Source of the DNA: a bacterium
GTDB taxonomy: Bacteria > Zhuqueibacterota > Zhuqueibacteria > Residuimicrobiales > Krinioviventaceae
Direction of reading: 5' to 3'
NCBI GenBank assembly: GCA_963693055.1
Contig: OY843751.1
Location: 5,952,001 to 6,016,000 of the forward strand
DNA length: 64,000 nt
Made by a program: the position numbers and the translations under genes. How positions within the stretch are numbered: the stretch's first letter is position 1; every line of letters starts with the position of its first letter. Below the pieces are notes generated by a model, which saw only the letters and a program-made list of their open reading frames with translations, was not told where the DNA came from and made no database searches. Shown here piece by piece: positions 28,517-37,015 of the stretch.

Positions 28517-28866
28517 TTTTGGATTGAATACGGACGCTAAAGCTCAAAAAAGATATAGATAAAAACTTTAAACCACAGATACACTCAAGATAGTACAGTC
28601 CTTGACCCTCTACACAGTTTTTTAGTAAAAATGTATATTTTCCTATTGACTCTTTCCAAAAATATGATTAACTAAAATTATACCCGAAGTAAAATTTCAA
28701 TGTGCAATACAAGTTTTATAGCATAACATGTCATAATTCATTGTCAATAGGTTTAAGCAAAAAACTATTTTTACTTAATAGAATAATATGTGTATTCTAT
28801 TTCTGGCTAAAACTTGTTAAATACTATATTGGGCTTATCTCTGTTCAATAAAAATGAGGAACTATT

Positions 28867-31374
28867 GTGGTAGACTTTGACAAATTAAGAACCAAAAAGA
28901 AAAAAACCAAGGCGATAGAACCATCTGAAATTTTCCGTCGCTTACCGAAACCACCTGGAATCAATGATCTCTACACCAGTCAAGCTGAGGTACTTCATGC
29001 TTGGTTTAAAAATAGGCAAGAACGCGATACTGTCGTAAAGCTGCATACTGGTGGTGGTAAAACTCTGGTTGGCCTTCTTATGGCTCAATCAACGCTGAAT
29101 GAAACTTCAGAGCCTGTTCTCTATCTTGCTTCAACTGTCCAACTTGTTAATCAGACTATAGAAAAAGCAATCAGTATTGGCATAAACGCCGTCGCATACG
29201 AACGAAGACAGCCATTGAACGAAGACTTTATAAACTCAAATGCCGTCATGGTTGGCACATATAAGGCTCTATTCAATGGGCGGAGCAAATTTGGTCTTCG
29301 TGGAGATCCATTACCACAAAAAGTCTCAGCAGTCATCCTTGATGATGCCCATGCTGCCTTTTCCGTTGTACGCGAATCCTTTACGCTTGATGTCAAAGCC
29401 GAAGTGGATAGAGAAAGATATGAAAGTTTAGCTGATTTATTTCGAAAGGCATTTAAGGAAACAGATAAGATTGGGACATTTGATGATATCATTGCGGGAT
29501 CTGAATATTCTGTTTTGGAAGTTCCGTATTGGGCGTGGCATGAGCAACTAGATACTGTCCGTGAACAAATAAAATCAGATGCAGATAAATATGCTCTAGT
29601 TTGGCCACTTTTACGAGATCAATTGCATTTTTGTCACGCGCTAATAAGCCGTAATGCTTTCACAATTACACCGATTCTCCCGCTTGTAAATGCCTTCCCA
29701 ACTTTCTTTGATGCATCACGACGCATTTATATGTCTGCAACAATAGCTGATGATAGTGATATCGTTCGTACATTTGATGCGAATCCTGAAGCAGTGCAGA
29801 AGCCACTGACTTCTCGATCGTTAGCAGGCGTAAGTGAACGTATGATTTTGATTCCTGATCTGATGCCATTCAAATTCGATGTAACGAATGCAATCAAAAA
29901 AATTGTTGAATGGACTTCAAAGAATAAACTAGGAGCAATAATTCTTGTCCCGTCCGATAAAGCTGCAGAAAAATGGATAGATTCTGTAACTGTAGCAAAG
30001 GGGTCTGCCGAAGTTGAAAAACTTGTAGCCGACTTGCAGGAAAGGGCAACATCGGGACCAGTTGTATTTGCAAACCGATACGATGGCATCGATTTACCAG
30101 GCGATTCATGCCGATTGCTTGTTATGAGCGGTCTGCCTGCTGGTACATCAAATTACGAGTTATTTCGAGCAGCCGCTCTTTTTGGTGCTACAACAATCAA
30201 TAGGATGCTCGCCCAACGAATTGAGCAAGGCATTGGAAGGGGGGCCAGAGGCTCTGGGGATCATTGTGTAGTCCTTCTTGCTGGGGCAGACATTGCGGGC
30301 TGGGTGGCTAAAGACGCTAATTTTAAGCTTCTAACCAATGCCACAAGAGCACAAATTGAAATGGGTGCAGAGATCAGCAAAGAAGTAAGTGATCTTAAGG
30401 AGCTTGCACAAACAATTCAACGGAGTTTCGATCGCGATAAAGGATGGATTGAATATCACGCAGAAACTCTTGCTGAATTGGTGGATGAAGAGGCTCCAGA
30501 AGAATTACGATTTATACAAGCCGCTGGAGAAAGAAAAGCTTTTAATTTGTGGGTCGACGGCTATCATGAGCAGGCAATTTCGAAAATTGAGAAAAACCTA
30601 ATTAAAATAAATTCATTGGATTTACAAATTTGTGGATGGATGGAGCAATTAGCTGGTCGCATTGCCGATCGTTGGGGACATCCTGATCGTGCGGATTATT
30701 TCCAACGCCAGGCATATGCACATAACCGTTGCCTAACCCGTCCAAAAGTTCTACCCCCTTATCGTCGGTTATCAGCTCCTAGCGTACAAGCGATGGCTAT
30801 TGTAAATCAACTAATCGATTACCGGTTAAGACGAGGTTTTTTGCAGTCTTTTGAGGAAGTTGTTTCACATCTGCATCATAACTCCTCTGCTAGTCAATTT
30901 GAACAGGCTTTGGCCGATCTTGCCATCATGATCGGGCTTTCCTCTGAGAGACACGATATAAATGGCCAAGGTCCTGATGTATTATGGCTTTTGCCAGAAA
31001 AAATTGGATTTGTCATTGAAGCAAAAAGCCGTAAAAAGGAAAAAAATGCGCTTACAAAAGAAGAACATGGGCAACTCTTAGTCGCCGCCGAATGGTTTAG
31101 TACCAATTATAAAGGATACGAATGTGTTCGTGTGAGCGTTCATCCAAAAAATCAAGCGACAAAAGCCGCTGTTGCAGGTGCTTCACACGCTTTAACCTAT
31201 GAAAAATTAGCGCTTCTAGTCTCTGATTCCCGCGCTCTTCTTTCTACTCTTTCCGAATCACAACTATCCGCAGAAGACCTTGTGATAGAGTGCCAAAGGC
31301 TTTTATCGAATACATCATTAAGAGCTGAGCAAATTTCAAAGAATTATTTGCTTCCATTTAAAGAGATAGAATGA
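28867..31374 (+). CDS. SF2 (DinG/XPD-like) helicase fused to a C-terminal PD-(D/E)XK nuclease; Hna-like anti-phage protein
   Basis: LYTSQ, HTGGGKT, ILDDAH, YMSAT, NRYDGIDL and EQGIGRGARG motifs; GPDVLW...VIEAKS nuclease motif; 835 aa. Confidence 0.78.
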   Translation: MVDFDKLRTKKKKTKAIEPSEIFRRLPKPPGINDLYTSQAEVLHAWFKNRQERDTVVKLHTGGGKTLVGLLMAQSTLNETSEPVLYLASTVQLVNQTIEKAISIGINAVAYERRQPLNEDFINSNAVMVGTYKALFNGRSKFGLRGDPLPQKVSAVILDDAHAAFSVVRESFTLDVKAEVDRERYESLADLFRKAFKETDKIGTFDDIIAGSEYSVLEVPYWAWHEQLDTVREQIKSDADKYALVWPLLRDQLHFCHALISRNAFTITPILPLVNAFPTFFDASRRIYMSATIADDSDIVRTFDANPEAVQKPLTSRSLAGVSERMILIPDLMPFKFDVTNAIKKIVEWTSKNKLGAIILVPSDKAAEKWIDSVTVAKGSAEVEKLVADLQERATSGPVVFANRYDGIDLPGDSCRLLVMSGLPAGTSNYELFRAAALFGATTINRMLAQRIEQGIGRGARGSGDHCVVLLAGADIAGWVAKDANFKLLTNATRAQIEMGAEISKEVSDLKELAQTIQRSFDRDKGWIEYHAETLAELVDEEAPEELRFIQAAGERKAFNLWVDGYHEQAISKIEKNLIKINSLDLQICGWMEQLAGRIADRWGHPDRADYFQRQAYAHNRCLTRPKVLPPYRRLSAPSVQAMAIVNQLIDYRLRRGFLQSFEEVVSHLHHNSSASQFEQALADLAIMIGLSSERHDINGQGPDVLWLLPEKIGFVIEAKSRKKEKNALTKEEHGQLLVAAEWFSTNYKGYECVRVSVHPKNQATKAAVAGASHALTYEKLALLVSDSRALLSTLSESQLSAEDLVIECQRLLSNTSLRAEQISKNYLLPFKEIE

Positions 31375-31389
31375 ATGGGCGAACATAGT

Positions 31390-31407
31390 CCGGCCCTCGT
31401 GGCCGGG
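31390..31407. repeat. GC-rich REP-like hairpin repeat, copy 2
   Basis: CCGGCCCTCGTGGCCGGG. Confidence 0.85.
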
Positions 31408-31467
31408 AATTATTTTAAAAATCCCGGAGGTAAGCTCCGGGTTACTTAGCACTGGAAGGAAACATGT

Positions 31468-32310
31468 TTGACTAATATCACGAATAAAAACTCAGCTCCT
31501 CTGACTGACACTATCATAGTAGCACTATCGAAATTAGTGGACGATGCGCAGGAACAGACATATCGCGAGCCTAGCCACTCCGAAATTCAGACACAGATTG
31601 ATAGAGCCCAATTATCATCGTGCGACCCTAATCAACAGGGTCAAACGCTTGGAAAGGCAAAACGTGTTCGTGCTGTCCTAAACTGGGCTATTGAGAACAA
31701 TGCGGATGCAGGAGGTAGGTTTGTCTATGGACTACTCAGCCACATTAGGGGATGTGGAGGTTTTCGTGTAGAGTCTCCAAACTACGCTGGAGCAGATGCC
31801 ATTCGTGGTGCAGTTGAGGCCTTTAATACAGAGGGTTTCTTGTTGGGGTTTGACGGGGTTCTAAGTCGAAAGGTTCTTGATGGATTGTCTGGAAACGAAC
31901 TCACAGAGGCACTTGAGGGTTACGTACACCGCGCGAAAAAGGGGGTTGCGGATGCTGCCTTGCTCACCGGAACAAGTAAAGATCTATTGGAAGCCACTGC
32001 TGCTCATGTCCTGATAACAAGATTCGGGGATTATTCGACAAGAGACAACTTTCCAATGTTGCTCGGACAGGCATTTGTCGCACTCGAACTATCTGTCCCC
32101 AATGATGGCAAGGATGATACACCGATCAATCGCCTTGATAGGGGCCTCTTCGAGGCGGCCTGTGCGATTAACACACTTCGCAACAAACAGGGAACAGGTC
32201 ACGGCCGCCCATGGTTGCCCACGGTATCAGATCACGTTGCACGTACTGCGGTGGAGACGATGGGTTTGGTGGCAGAACGGATGCTCAATGTCTTGCAAGG
32301 TGCAAAGTAA
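31468..32310 (+). CDS. abortive infection family protein (Abi_C, HEPN-like)
   Basis: SKDLLEATA and LRNKQGTGHGR (RxxxxxxH-type) motifs; N-terminal KAKRVRAVL domain. Confidence 0.82.
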   Translation: MTNITNKNSAPLTDTIIVALSKLVDDAQEQTYREPSHSEIQTQIDRAQLSSCDPNQQGQTLGKAKRVRAVLNWAIENNADAGGRFVYGLLSHIRGCGGFRVESPNYAGADAIRGAVEAFNTEGFLLGFDGVLSRKVLDGLSGNELTEALEGYVHRAKKGVADAALLTGTSKDLLEATAAHVLITRFGDYSTRDNFPMLLGQAFVALELSVPNDGKDDTPINRLDRGLFEAACAINTLRNKQGTGHGRPWLPTVSDHVARTAVETMGLVAERMLNVLQGAK

Positions 32311-32339
32311 TGGTATAACCAGGAGATGTAGTCCATTCC

Positions 32340-32357
32340 CCGGCCCTCGTGGCCGGG
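32340..32357. repeat. GC-rich REP-like hairpin repeat, copy 3
   Basis: CCGGCCCTCGTGGCCGGG. Confidence 0.85.
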
Positions 32358-32476
32358 GCCTATCTAAGAAACACCATCATTAATCCCCATTATCACCTTT
32401 AAAATTTTTACTAAATCTTTTCTGCCCCAATCCGGATCGTACCACTCCATTTTAACGTATTTATGAAATGTTGATT

Positions 32477-32507
32477 GAACATGACTGAAATATTCTCCGT
32501 CACGATC
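32477..32507. repeat. 31-bp palindrome family, copy 7 (left arm decayed), adjacent to tRNA-Gln
   Basis: GAACATGACTGAAATATTCTCCGTCACGATC. Confidence 0.8.
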
Positions 32508-32563
32508 TTTGTAATACTTTTATTATACCTCCGGGAGGTGCAACACGGTTCCCCCTAAAACGC

Positions 32564-32587
32564 AAAAAGGCCGGATATACCGACCTT
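32564..32587 (-). terminator. tRNA-Gln terminator
   Basis: minus strand AAGGTCGGTATATCCGGCCTTTTT. Confidence 0.7.
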
Positions 32588-32597
32588 GTGTATTGTG

Positions 32598-32668
32598 CTG
32601 GGGTGCAGGGATTCGAACCCCGGTTCCATGAGCCAGAGTCATGTGTCCTGCCGCTGGACGACACCCCA
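32598..32668 (-). tRNA. tRNA-Gln(CTG)
   Basis: TGGGGTG/CACCCCA acceptor stem, CATGA-CT-CTG-GC-TCATG anticodon arm, GGTTCGAATCC T-arm; CCA not encoded. Confidence 0.95.
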
Positions 32669-32698
32669 GTTTGGCTATATTATAAACGAGTTACCGTT

Positions 32699-34192
32699 TC
32701 AACGTGTAATGGCTGTAGCGCCTGCTTTCAGCCGTCTTGTCACCGTTTCTTTGCCAAGGACTACCAACATATCGTAAAGTCCCGGACCTACACCCATGCC
32801 GGATACCGCTAACCGTACCGGGTGTATCAGTCGACCTGTACCGGCTTCATTTCGCTCGGTCACCACATGGAGGGCTTTTTCAATCGACTCTTTATCAAAC
32901 ACATCTAATTTAACAATTTCATCAACAAATTCAAGTATTAATTTTACTGAATCGTCTTTCCATCTCTTTTTAACCGTTTTTTCATCATAATGTTCCGGAT
33001 CTTTGAAAAAATATTCTCCCAGTACGGCAAACTGGTCCACAAACAACATGCGGGATTTTAACAGATCCACAACTTTAAACAAATATTCTTCAGAGCCATA
33101 ATCCAGTCCCTTTTCAGCCAGTTGAGGTTTTACCTGTTCAACCAGCTCTGCTGTGTCGCGTTGGGTAATGTGCTCGCCGTTTACCCATTCCAGCTTGCGC
33201 AGATCAAAAATAGCCGCAGCCTTGTTTACGCGCTCGAGCGAGAATTCGTTCACCAGTTCTTCTTTGGTGAATATTTGACGTTCATCACCTTCACCGGGAT
33301 TCCAACCCAGCAAGGCTATATAATTTATGATCGTTTCCGGTTCGAATCCTTTTTTCACATAAGATGCCACATCCGGGTCCACTTTGCCCTGCGGCAGATC
33401 GTCGAGCGACTGGATGTCACGTTTGGACATTTTGGATTTGTCCGGATTCAGGATCAGCGGCAGATGCGCCATTTCAGGGGCCTGCCAGCCAAAGCATTCA
33501 TACAGATAGATATGCTTGGGCACACTGCTAAGCCACTCTTCACCACGGATCACATGCGTGATCTCCATCAGGTGATCATCAACTACGTTTGCCAAATGGT
33601 ATGTGGGGAACCCGTCCGATTTGATCAATACCTGGTCATCTACCTGCTCGCTCTTGAAAGAAACCTCGCCACGGATAATATCTTTGAATGTAAAAGTACG
33701 GTCCTCGGGAATCTTTAATCGGATGACATGTGGCGTTTCCGCATCTATCAGTTCCTGTACCTGGGCGTTATCCAGATTCAAGCTGTTGCGCATTTCATTA
33801 CGAATAGAAGCGTCATATTTCAAATGCGGGTTACCGGTGGATTTTCGTTTTTCATCCATTTCTTCCGGCGTATCAAAGGCGATATACGCATGTCCGTTAT
33901 CCAAAAGCTCCTGAGCATATTTTTTGTACAGATCGGTACGCTCGGATTGGAAATAGGGGCCAAAATCTCCGCCGGTTTCGGGACCTTCATCAGGAACCAG
34001 ACCGGCCCAGTTCAAGGCGGAAATCAGGTTTTCGGTTGCACCCTCTACAAAGCGGGTGCGGTCAGTATCTTCTATGCGCAAAATAAAAGTCCCGCCATGT
34101 TTTTTTGCGAACAGATAATTGTACAGTGCTGTTCGCAGTCCACCGATGTGAACAAAACCTGTGGGACTCGGCGCGAATCTCGTTCTTGTCAT
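32699..34192 (-). CDS. gltX: glutamate--tRNA ligase
   Basis: RFAPSPTGFVHIGG, LRIEDTD, DDHLMEITHVIRGEEW, KMSKR. Confidence 0.97.
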   Translation of the reverse strand: MTRTRFAPSPTGFVHIGGLRTALYNYLFAKKHGGTFILRIEDTDRTRFVEGATENLISALNWAGLVPDEGPETGGDFGPYFQSERTDLYKKYAQELLDNGHAYIAFDTPEEMDEKRKSTGNPHLKYDASIRNEMRNSLNLDNAQVQELIDAETPHVIRLKIPEDRTFTFKDIIRGEVSFKSEQVDDQVLIKSDGFPTYHLANVVDDHLMEITHVIRGEEWLSSVPKHIYLYECFGWQAPEMAHLPLILNPDKSKMSKRDIQSLDDLPQGKVDPDVASYVKKGFEPETIINYIALLGWNPGEGDERQIFTKEELVNEFSLERVNKAAAIFDLRKLEWVNGEHITQRDTAELVEQVKPQLAEKGLDYGSEEYLFKVVDLLKSRMLFVDQFAVLGEYFFKDPEHYDEKTVKKRWKDDSVKLILEFVDEIVKLDVFDKESIEKALHVVTERNEAGTGRLIHPVRLAVSGMGVGPGLYDMLVVLGKETVTRRLKAGATAITR

Positions 34193-34195
34193 AAC

Positions 34196-34585
34196 TTATT
34201 CTTTGTTATCTTGATCCAAAATATATGTTTGGGAAACAACGTCCAGATCTTTATCCAGCTGTTCGGCTTCAATGGTAAAGCCGCCAACCATACGTGAAAA
34301 AATATTATACAACGATGAAAATATCAAAGCGCTTATGGTATAAAAAAAGGCAAAACTGATTGTTCCTCCAAAAATAATGAGGATCGCCAACAATCCGCTT
34401 GCCGGTAGCATGGGTGTTATGTCTTCTCCGCCAATAGCACCCATAAAACTGCTCATAACCATAATAAATCCGGCGTAAAGCAAGCTGAAAAGGAATCCGA
34501 GAATCAAAGATAATAAAAAGACAATTTTAACAACAGACCATATTTCCAAGCGTTTGATTAAAATTCTCATATCTTTTTTTCCCAT
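34196..34585 (-). CDS. DUF3566-like membrane protein
   Basis: IKRLEIWSVVKI...LYNIFSRMVGGFTIE; two hydrophobic segments; start may be 34570. Confidence 0.7.
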   Translation of the reverse strand: MGKKDMRILIKRLEIWSVVKIVFLLSLILGFLFSLLYAGFIMVMSSFMGAIGGEDITPMLPASGLLAILIIFGGTISFAFFYTISALIFSSLYNIFSRMVGGFTIEAEQLDKDLDVVSQTYILDQDNKE

Positions 34586-34593
34586 CTCTTTAG

Positions 34594-34680
34594 CGGAGAG
34601 AGAGGGATTCGAACCCTCGGTAGGGAAACCCCTACAACGGCTTAGCAGGCCGCCCCATTCGGCCTCTCTGGCATCTCTCC
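34594..34680 (-). tRNA. tRNA-Ser(GCT)
   Basis: GGAGAGA acceptor, GCGGC-CT-GCT-AA-GCCGT, long variable arm, GGTTCGAATCC. Confidence 0.95.
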
Positions 34681-34703
34681 GAATGAGCTTGCTTTACGTC
34701 TAG

Positions 34704-34787
34704 CGGAGGGCGGGAGACTCGAACTCCCAAGGGCGCGAACCCGGCGGTTTTCAAGACCGCTGCCTTACCAATTAGGACTAGCCCTCC
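34704..34787 (-). tRNA. tRNA-Ser(TGA)
   Basis: GGAGGGC/GCCCTCC acceptor, GCGGT-CT-TGA-AA-ACCGC, variable arm, AGTTCGAGTCT. Confidence 0.95.
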
Positions 34788-34802
34788 GATTGATAGACAA
34801 TA

Positions 34803-34831
34803 AATGTACAAAATTTATAATTCTTTGTCAA
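34803..34831 (-). promoter_or_regulatory. sigma70-type promoter for the tRNA-Ser/gltX operon
   Basis: TTGACA-17-TACATT. Confidence 0.7.
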
Positions 34832-34865
34832 ATATTTTTTTTACTTTATTGAATTTACCAAAACC

Positions 34866-35969
34866 CTAAAACGATCTGATAAAGTGTTTTCCTATGATCT
34901 GTTTAACAAGATTGCGTAATTCAAGCGATAATAACACACCCAACACCTGCGACGTTGGCAAACCCGCCTTTTCTGACAATCGATCAATGTGCAAGGGCTC
35001 ATTTGACAGCAGATCAAAGATTTTCTTTTCATCTGCTGACAGATCTGGTGGTGCCTGCTGTTGTACGGGTACCGCGCCAACAGAATCATATTCTTCCAGA
35101 ATATCCTGAACGTTTGTGATAAGTTTGGCCCCCTGTTGGATCAGTTGATTACAGCCCGCGCTTTTAGGACTGTTGATGTTACCCGGAACAGCAAACACAT
35201 CACTCCCCTGTTCAATTGCACGGTCAGCCGTTATAAGCGCACCGCTCTTTTTACCGGCTTCTATTACCAGCGTTGCAGAGCATAATCCCGCAATGATACG
35301 GTTTCTTCGCGGAAAATACATGGCTTCCGGCTTGGTGCCCAATGGAAACTCGGATACCAGCAAGCCTTTTTCATAAATAGACTCTGACAGCTTTTTATTT
35401 TCGTACGGATAGATCACATCCACTCCCGAGCCTAAAACCGCTATAGTTGACCCGCCTTCATTCACGGTTGTCTGATGTGCTATGGTATCTACTCCCCTGG
35501 CAAGGCCACTCACCAGTGTAAATCCGTTTCTTACCAGATCGCGTGTGAATGACTCGGTAATCAATTTACCATAAGCACTGGGATGCCGGGTCCCCACAAT
35601 TGCCAGGGATTTCTGTCCCACAGGCAAACCATTCCCCTTGTAATACAACACAATGGGCGCATCCGGAATATTCTTCAAAGATGTCGGATACTCGTCCTGC
35701 CAAAAGGAAACAATCTTGGCATTACGCGTTTTCAAAAGATTGATCTGGTTTTCAATAAAGGAATCGTTCATGTGTTGTTTTATATTTTGGGCAAGCTGCT
35801 TGCTGATGCCTTCTATTTCAACAAGCTCCCGTACAGACGCACCAAACACCTTGTCAGGAGAGCCAAAGTGCGCAACCAAAGCACGTATACGTTTTGAACC
35901 GATACGGGGTACCGTACACAATCTGAACAACGCCTCAAGATACTGCCGGGTATCTCTGGATGTTTTCAT
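34866..35969 (-). CDS. dprA: DNA-processing protein DprA
   Basis: AIVGTR, VSGLARGVD, FPRRNRIIAGL, SGALITA; C-terminal winged helix. Confidence 0.96.
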   Translation of the reverse strand: MKTSRDTRQYLEALFRLCTVPRIGSKRIRALVAHFGSPDKVFGASVRELVEIEGISKQLAQNIKQHMNDSFIENQINLLKTRNAKIVSFWQDEYPTSLKNIPDAPIVLYYKGNGLPVGQKSLAIVGTRHPSAYGKLITESFTRDLVRNGFTLVSGLARGVDTIAHQTTVNEGGSTIAVLGSGVDVIYPYENKKLSESIYEKGLLVSEFPLGTKPEAMYFPRRNRIIAGLCSATLVIEAGKKSGALITADRAIEQGSDVFAVPGNINSPKSAGCNQLIQQGAKLITNVQDILEEYDSVGAVPVQQQAPPDLSADEKKIFDLLSNEPLHIDRLSEKAGLPTSQVLGVLLSLELRNLVKQIIGKHFIRSF

Positions 35970-35974
35970 GTTTA

Positions 35975-36964
35975 TTATTTTTCTGTTTCAGAATTCAACA
36001 TGTCCCACACCATCTGTGTGAGGTCCTGAATATTCTCCCCGGTAACCGAAGATATCATCAATGTTGGTACATTTTTCAACGCTTTATGCGTTAAAGGTTT
36101 AAATGAATCATCTATTAAATCATTTTTTGTATACACAACCATTCTGGGTTTGTTTTCCAATCCCTGGCCATAAGATTCAAGCTCACCCTGCAAGGTTTCA
36201 AAATCTTCTTCAAGGGTTTCTGACGTTGCATCGAGCAAGATCAATAACAAACGGGTACGTTCAATGTGCTTGAGAAACTGGATTCCCAATCCTTTTCCCA
36301 AATGCGCACCTTCAATGAGCCCTGGAATATCTGCGGTAACAAAACTTTGAAAATCCCTTACTTTAACGATTCCCAAATTGGGTGTCAATGTAGTAAAGGG
36401 GTAATCCGCAATTTTGGGTTTAGCTGCAGTTATGCGAGAAAGCAAGGTAGACTTGCCAGCGTTTGGCAGCCCAACGAATCCTACATCGGCCAACAGCTTT
36501 AATTCAAGCGCAAGATTTTTATCTTCTCCTTTGCCGCCTTCTTCACAAACCCGAGGGGTTTGATTGGTAGGAGATTTGAAACGGGCATTTCCTCTTCCGC
36601 CTCTTCCTCCCTGAGCAACAATCGCCTGCTGACCATTATCAACCATATCGGCAATAATTACATTTTCATCAACATCATATACAACGGTTCCAACCGGTAC
36701 TTTGATAATACAGTCTTTACCGCCCTTGCCGGTTTTGTTGGATCCCTGTCCATGACCGCCACGCTCACCTTTATAGTCACGCTGATAGCGAAAATCCATC
36801 AACGTATGAATATAAGAATCGGCTAAAAATATAATATTTCCACCCTTGCCGCCGTCTCCACCACTGGGACCGCCTTTGGGTACATATTTTTCACGACGGA
36901 ACGCAACACATCCATCTCCGCCATCTCCGGCTTTAACATGTATTTTTGCAGAATCTATAAACAT
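35975..36964 (-). CDS. obgE: GTPase ObgE
   Basis: Gly-rich Obg fold, GLPNAGKST, DYPFTTL, DIPG, TKND. Confidence 0.97.
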   Translation of the reverse strand: MFIDSAKIHVKAGDGGDGCVAFRREKYVPKGGPSGGDGGKGGNIIFLADSYIHTLMDFRYQRDYKGERGGHGQGSNKTGKGGKDCIIKVPVGTVVYDVDENVIIADMVDNGQQAIVAQGGRGGRGNARFKSPTNQTPRVCEEGGKGEDKNLALELKLLADVGFVGLPNAGKSTLLSRITAAKPKIADYPFTTLTPNLGIVKVRDFQSFVTADIPGLIEGAHLGKGLGIQFLKHIERTRLLLILLDATSETLEEDFETLQGELESYGQGLENKPRMVVYTKNDLIDDSFKPLTHKALKNVPTLMISSVTGENIQDLTQMVWDMLNSETEK

Positions 36965-37015
36965 AAATAAAAAGGATTCAATTTTAAAAGGTGAATGACT
37001 AACCCCCTGTGTGGA

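Noticed and set aside
28720-28830. attC upstream of the helicase (GCATAAC...GTTAAAT)
   Set aside because: No convincing L-box pairing or inner stem was found in this AT-rich sequence.
18730-32507. 31-bp palindromes as a CRISPR array
   Set aside because: Copies are 0.7-4 kb apart and separated by whole genes; there are no 30-40 bp spacers and no cas genes in the window.
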